Assembly: GCA_025059945.1 (NCBI GenBank)
Contig: JANXDC010000011.1
Span: 141,856 to 205,855 of the forward strand
DNA: 64,000 bases
Source of the DNA: Bacteroidota bacterium
GTDB lineage: Bacteria; Bacteroidota; Rhodothermia; JANXDC01
Direction of reading: 5' to 3'
The notes below the pieces were generated by a model. It worked only from the letters and a program-made list of their open reading frames with translations, did not search any database and had not been told where the DNA came from. Position numbers and translations under genes: made by a program. Numbering within the stretch: the stretch's first letter is position 1; the number at the start of each line of letters is the position of its first letter. Of this stretch, positions 59,455-64,000 are shown one piece after another.

Positions 59455-59880
59455 ATGGCTAAGAAAGTCGTCGGATACGTCAAACTGCAGATCCCGGCGG
59501 GGCAGGCCACGCCGGCTCCGCCCGTGGGTCCGGCCCTGGGTCAGCGCGGCGTGAACATCATGGAGTTCTGCAAGCAATTCAACGCGCGCACTCAGGACAA
59601 GATGGGGCTGATCGTCCCCGTCGTGATCACCGTCTACGCGGACAAGTCGTTTAGTTTCGTCGTCAAGACCCCTCCGGCGCCGGTGCTGCTGAAGCGGGCC
59701 GCGGGCATCGAGAAGGGCTCCGCAGAGCCCAACCGCACCAAGGTGGGCACGGTCACCTGGAAGCAGATCCGGGAGATCGCGGAGATGAAGATGCCCGATT
59801 TGAACACGGACTCCCTGGAGGCCGCCATGCGCATGATCGCCGGCACAGCCCGGAGCATGGGCATCACGGTCGTAGAGTGA
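59455..59880 (+). CDS. rplK: 50S ribosomal protein L11
   Basis: [44 protein letters not shown], highly conserved. Confidence 0.95.
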   Translation: MAKKVVGYVKLQIPAGQATPAPPVGPALGQRGVNIMEFCKQFNARTQDKMGLIVPVVITVYADKSFSFVVKTPPAPVLLKRAAGIEKGSAEPNRTKVGTVTWKQIREIAEMKMPDLNTDSLEAAMRMIAGTARSMGITVVE

Positions 59881-59932
59881 GCCTAGGCGGAAGACGGCCT
59901 TGAGGCCGTCGCTTAAGACCGCGGAGGGAATC

Positions 59933-60631
59933 ATGCCAAAACGTGGGAAGAAATACCTCGAAGCGCTCAAGAAATTCGAACCCAACCGGGAATACAGCCT
60001 CGAGGAGGCAGCCCGGTTGGTCAAGGAGGTCTCCTATACGCGGTTTGACGCTTCAGTCGACATGGACGTGCGCTTGGGCGTCGACCCCCGGCACGCCGAT
60101 CAGATGGTGCGCGGCTCGGTGGTGCTGCCGCACGGCACGGGCCGCACCGTGCGCGTGCTCGTCTTGGCCAATCCGGCCAAACAAGATGAGGCGCGCGCTG
60201 CAGGAGCCGACTACGTGGGCCTAGAGGACTACATTCAGAAGATCCAGGAGGGGTGGGCGGATGTGGACGTGATCATCGCCACGCCGGATGTAATGCCTCA
60301 GCTGGGGCGTCTGGGCAAGATCCTCGGCCCCAAGGGGCTTATGCCCAACCCCAAGAGCGGCACCGTGACGATGGATGTAGCCGAGGCCGTCAAGGCCGTA
60401 AAGGCGGGTCGTATCGAGTTCCGCGTCGATCGCTACGGGATCATCCACGCTAGCATCGGGCGCGTCTCTTTCCCGCCGGAGCACTTGGTGGAGAACGCCA
60501 AGGCCTTGCTGAAGGAGATCCTCCGCCTACGGCCCGCGGCGGCTAAAGGGGCCTACGTGCGCTCCCTGTACCTGGCTCCCACGATGGGACCAGGGATCAA
60601 GGTCAATCGGGCGGTGCTGCAGAACCTGTAA
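59933..60631 (+). CDS. rplA: 50S ribosomal protein L1
   Basis: [15 protein letters not shown] ... conserved L1 fold motifs. GGAGGG SD before the ATG at 59933. Confidence 0.9.
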   Translation: MPKRGKKYLEALKKFEPNREYSLEEAARLVKEVSYTRFDASVDMDVRLGVDPRHADQMVRGSVVLPHGTGRTVRVLVLANPAKQDEARAAGADYVGLEDYIQKIQEGWADVDVIIATPDVMPQLGRLGKILGPKGLMPNPKSGTVTMDVAEAVKAVKAGRIEFRVDRYGIIHASIGRVSFPPEHLVENAKALLKEILRLRPAAAKGAYVRSLYLAPTMGPGIKVNRAVLQNL

Positions 60632-60649
60632 GGCGCCAAGGAGCGAAGC

Positions 60650-61171
60650 ATGAATCGAGCGGAGAAGACCCAGCTTATCGAGCAGCTGGTGGAGAAGGCC
60701 CAGCAGGCGCAAGGTATCTACGTGGTCGACTTCTCCAATATGACCGTGCTCGAGGAGTGGGAACTGCGGCGCGCTTTCCGGAAGGCGAACGTGGAATATC
60801 GCGTCGTCAAAAACACCCTGTTGCGCATCGCCTTGGAGCGCGTCGGCGGCCATGCGGGGCTGTTGGCGTACCTGAACGGGCAAACCGCGGTGGCCTTCGG
60901 CTACGCCGATCCCATCGCCCCGGCCCGGTTGATCAAGGAGTACGCCCAGCAGAACCCCAAGCTGCGCCTTAAAGCGGCTAGTTTGGGTGGAGAAGTCTTC
61001 GACGGGGCGCAGCTGGAACAGCTGGCCGCGATGAAGTCCCGCCAAGAGCTGATCGGCGACCTGGTGGGGCTGCTTTTGGCCCCAATCCAGAACGTACTGG
61101 GCGCTCTTACGGCGCCAGGCGCCCAACTGGTGGGCGCACTGCGCACGCTATCGGAGCGCGAAGCGGCGTAG
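60650..61171 (+). CDS. rplJ: 50S ribosomal protein L10
   Basis: [16 protein letters not shown] ... L10 pattern. 18 nt after rplA. Confidence 0.9.
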   Translation: MNRAEKTQLIEQLVEKAQQAQGIYVVDFSNMTVLEEWELRRAFRKANVEYRVVKNTLLRIALERVGGHAGLLAYLNGQTAVAFGYADPIAPARLIKEYAQQNPKLRLKAASLGGEVFDGAQLEQLAAMKSRQELIGDLVGLLLAPIQNVLGALTAPGAQLVGALRTLSEREAA

Positions 61172-61205
61172 AAAAGTCAACAGCAGAAGAAAGGAGCTCA
61201 TACCT

Positions 61206-61589
61206 ATGGCGGATTTGCAAGCCCTCGCTGAACAGCTGGTCAATCTGACCATCAAGGAGGCCAGCGAGTTAGCCAAGATCCTAGAGGAGCAATATGGCAT
61301 CAAACCGGCGGCCGCTGCCGTGGCGGTGGCGGCGGCTCCCGCGGCCGGGGGTCCGGCGGAGGCGGCCGTGGAGGAGAAGACAGAATTTGACGTCATCCTC
61401 AAAAGCGCCGGGCCGAACAAGATCAACGTCATCAAAGAGGTGCGCGCCATCACCGGTCTGGGCCTAACGGAGGCCAAGGCGCTCGTCGATGGCGCCCCCA
61501 AAACGGTCAAGGAGGGCATCTCCAAACAGGAGGCCGAGGAAATCGCCAAGAAGCTGCGGGATGCCGGGGCCGAGGTCGAAATCAAGTAA
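61206..61589 (+). CDS. rplL: 50S ribosomal protein L7/L12
   Basis: N-terminal dimerisation helix, an Ala/Pro hinge ([15 protein letters not shown]) and a C-terminal domain ([21 protein letters not shown]). Confidence 0.95.
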   Translation: MADLQALAEQLVNLTIKEASELAKILEEQYGIKPAAAAVAVAAAPAAGGPAEAAVEEKTEFDVILKSAGPNKINVIKEVRAITGLGLTEAKALVDGAPKTVKEGISKQEAEEIAKKLRDAGAEVEIK

Positions 61590-61629
61590 CCGGCGCCTCC
61601 CCAAAGAGAACGCCTGCTATTGCGCGGCA

Positions 61630-61656
61630 CTCGGCTCCGGGCTACTCGGAGCCGAG
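61630..61656 (+). terminator. GC-rich hairpin (CTCGGCTCCG-ggctact-CGGAGCCGAG) between rplL and rpoB, likely partial terminator/attenuator
   Basis: Perfect 10-bp inverted repeat 40 nt after the rplL stop, followed by a moderately T-rich tract (ccttgttgtctcgctttgg). Confidence 0.4.
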
Positions 61657-61752
61657 GCCGCCTTGTTGTCTCGCTTTGGGGAACCGTCGCCCTATCGGGC
61701 CGGTTTCTACAAAGACATTTCATGCTTAACCCAACAATCGGCGTGAGCGCAC

Positions 61753-64000
61753 ATGAGCCAGCCTGAGCTCTCCCCAAACGGTCGCCACACGGTGACCTCC
61801 TCCGGGCGCATCTCCTTTGCCCGCATTCAGCCCGTGATCGACTATCCGGATTTCCTGTCGGTGCAGTTGGAATCGTTTCGGGAATTTCTCCAAGAGGACG
61901 TGCCGCCTGAGGAGCGGCGGCGCGTGGGCCTGCAGGAGGTCTTCCTGGAGAACTTCCCCATTCAGGATTCGCGCGAAGAGTACACGCTGGACTTCCTCCA
62001 CTACACGATCGAACCCCCCAAGTACACCATCGAGGAATGTCAAGAGCGGGGCCTGACGTACGCGGTCACGCTCAAGGCGAGGCTTCGGCTTTCGTTCGTG
62101 CCCAAGGACGAGCCTGAGCTGGCCGAGCCGCCCATCGAGCAGGACGTGTACTTGGGCACGATCCCGTACATGACCGAACGGGGTACTTTTATCATCAACG
62201 GCGCTGAGCGGGTCATCGTCAGCCAGCTGCACCGCTCCCCCGGGGTGATCTTTGGGGAGTCCCTGCATCCCAACGGCACGAAGCTTTACACGGCGCGCGT
62301 GATCCCCATGAAGGGCTCGTGGCTGGAATTTGCCACGGATGTCAACAACGTCATGTGGGTGTACATCGACCGGAAGAAGAAGTTTCCGGTCACCATGCTG
62401 CTACGCGCCCTGGGCTGGAGCACCAACGAAGATATTCTGCGGCTGTTTTCGTTGTCGGAGGAGATCCGCCTTACCACGCGGGCTGAGTTCCGGGATAAGG
62501 CCGTGGGGCGCGTGCTGGCCACGGACGTCGTCGTGGAGGCTGAGGTTGAGGAAGTAGACGAAGACACCGGCGAGGTGCGTTTGCGCGAAGAGCGCCGCGT
62601 GCTGCTCTACAAGGATCACGTCCTAAGCGAGGCGGACTACGATCTATTGCGCGATGCAGGGGTTCGGGCTGTACACGTCAAGCGGCGCGATGAGGAGATC
62701 ACAGACGAAAGCGAGATCCTGCTCAACACCCTAAGCCGGGATCCCACGCGTTCGCAGCAAGAGGCCCTGGAGTACATCTACCGGCAGCTACGTCAAGGCG
62801 AGCCTCCAGATCTGGAGACGGCCCGGCAGACCATCGAGCGGCTTTTCTTCAACGAGAAGAAATACGACCTGGGTGAGGTGGGCCGCTATCGGATCAATAA
62901 GCGGCTGCGCGTGAACGTGCCCATCCACACGCGCACGCTCGCGCACGAGGATCTGATCGCCATCATCCGGGAGCTTATCGATCTCCTTAACGGCAAGGCT
63001 AAGGTCGACGATCAGGATCATCTCTCCAACCGGCGCGTGCGCACCGTAGGGGAGCAACTTGCGGCCCAATTCGGGGTGGGGCTGGCTCGGATGGCCCGCA
63101 CCATTCGGGAGCGGCTCAACATCACCGAGGGCGAACAGATCCGCCCCTCGGATCTGGTGACGGCGCGCACGATCACCAGCGTAATCAACAGCTTCTTCGG
63201 CACCAATCAGCTCAGCCAGTTCATGGACCAGACCAACCCGCTGGCGGAGCTGACCCACAAGCGCCGCATGTCCGCCCTAGGTCCGGGCGGGCTGACGCGT
63301 GAACGGGCCGGTTTTGAGGTGCGCGACGTGCACTACACGCACTACGGCCGACTCTGCCCTATTGAGACCCCTGAGGGTCCGAACATCGGGCTCATCTCCT
63401 CGCTGTGCGTGTACGCGAAGGTCAACCGCTTCGGGTTCTTGGAGACCCCCTATCGGATCGTACGCGACGGCAAGGTTACAAGCGAAGTCCGCTGGCTTTC
63501 GGCCGAGGAGGAGGACGAGACGATCATCGCGCAGGCCACCACGCCGATAGACGCCGAGGGCCGAATTCGAATCGACCAGGTCCGGGCCCGCAGCGAGGCC
63601 GACTACCCGGTGGTCTCTCCGGATAAGGTCGAATATGTCGACGTGGCGCCCAACCAGATCGTAAGCGCGGCCGCGGCGCTCATCCCCTTCTTGGAGCACG
63701 ATGACGCCAACCGCGCCCTGATGGGCTCAAACATGCAGCGGCAGGCCGTGCCCCTGCTCCGAACCGAGGCCCCCATCGTGGGCACGGGCCTTGAGGAGCG
63801 CGTCGCGCGCGACTCACGCGCGCTCATTTTGGCCGAGGCCGATGGCGTCGTGGAGGCCGTCGATGCCACGCGCATCGTGGTGCGCTACGATCGCTCTCCC
63901 GAAGAAGAACTGGTCTCTTTCGATCCGCCCACCAAGACGTACCGGCTCATCAAGTTCCGGCGCACCAACCAGGACACATGCATCAACCAGAAGCCGATCG
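61753..64000 (+). CDS. rpoB: DNA-directed RNA polymerase subunit beta (5' portion, continues past the window end)
   Basis: Translation from the ATG at 61753: [45 protein letters not shown]..., the conserved rpoB N-terminus. No stop before the window end. Confidence 0.9.
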   Translation, partial: MSQPELSPNGRHTVTSSGRISFARIQPVIDYPDFLSVQLESFREFLQEDVPPEERRRVGLQEVFLENFPIQDSREEYTLDFLHYTIEPPKYTIEECQERGLTYAVTLKARLRLSFVPKDEPELAEPPIEQDVYLGTIPYMTERGTFIINGAERVIVSQLHRSPGVIFGESLHPNGTKLYTARVIPMKGSWLEFATDVNNVMWVYIDRKKKFPVTMLLRALGWSTNEDILRLFSLSEEIRLTTRAEFRDKAVGRVLATDVVVEAEVEEVDEDTGEVRLREERRVLLYKDHVLSEADYDLLRDAGVRAVHVKRRDEEITDESEILLNTLSRDPTRSQQEALEYIYRQLRQGEPPDLETARQTIERLFFNEKKYDLGEVGRYRINKRLRVNVPIHTRTLAHEDLIAIIRELIDLLNGKAKVDDQDHLSNRRVRTVGEQLAAQFGVGLARMARTIRERLNITEGEQIRPSDLVTARTITSVINSFFGTNQLSQFMDQTNPLAELTHKRRMSALGPGGLTRERAGFEVRDVHYTHYGRLCPIETPEGPNIGLISSLCVYAKVNRFGFLETPYRIVRDGKVTSEVRWLSAEEEDETIIAQATTPIDAEGRIRIDQVRARSEADYPVVSPDKVEYVDVAPNQIVSAAAALIPFLEHDDANRALMGSNMQRQAVPLLRTEAPIVGTGLEERVARDSRALILAEADGVVEAVDATRIVVRYDRSPEEELVSFDPPTKTYRLIKFRRTNQDTCINQKPI

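Overview
This 64 kb window is high-GC (about 65%) and looks like core bacterial chromosome, not a mobile or accessory island. Two things point to a Rhodothermus-like (Rhodothermaeota/Bacteroidota) thermophile: several secreted proteins carry T9SS (Por) C-terminal sorting domains, and the terminal oxidase is ba3-type with a conserved subunit IIa. Coding density is high on both strands. The window runs from a trkA-trkH-LptC/OstA-like operon and ends in the 5' part of rpoB, which is truncated by the window edge. In order the main gene blocks are: a GT2 transferase, an arginine-deiminase-like enzyme and an M50 protease; a TetR regulator with paaABCD (no paaE); an NAD cluster (pncB, nadE, macro domain, KptA-like/Nudix fusion); aroQ and a Wzx-like flippase; a small lipoprotein followed by a T9SS HExxH protease; hprK and rnhB; ftsX and a T9SS GHL10 hydrolase; an EamA permease, DinB and YyaL; the ba3 oxidase (cbaD/cbaB/cbaA) with SCO1 and PCuAC; a GlcD-like oxidase and a HEAT-cyclophilin fusion; pyrR-pyrB and radA; an M28 peptidase and metK; a tandem-repeat lipoprotein and a TPR-HTH protein; panC and panD; secA, recN and cysS; comF; then a six-tRNA array (Thr-Tyr-Gly-Thr-Trp-Cys, with no tuf) leading into secE-nusG-rplKAJL. 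I found no CRISPR array, IS element or integrase. The most interesting signals are listed here. (1) The NAD salvage and ADP-ribose processing cluster, whose KptA/Tpt1-like domain appears to lack the catalytic His and is fused to a Nudix hydrolase. (2) A 37-aa ba3 oxidase subunit IIa gene that the ORF track missed. (3) A small lipoprotein built from five in-frame 24-bp repeats encoding GGEMASDQ. (4) A possibly frameshifted four-TM protein gene lying in the pyrR leader. (5) Palindromic operator candidates upstream of the TetR gene and of the TPR-HTH gene. (6) A long leader upstream of metK. (7) Structured leader and attenuator elements around rplK and between rplL and rpoB. Many long ORFs in the six-frame track are antisense or overlapping artefacts of the GC content and I rejected them.
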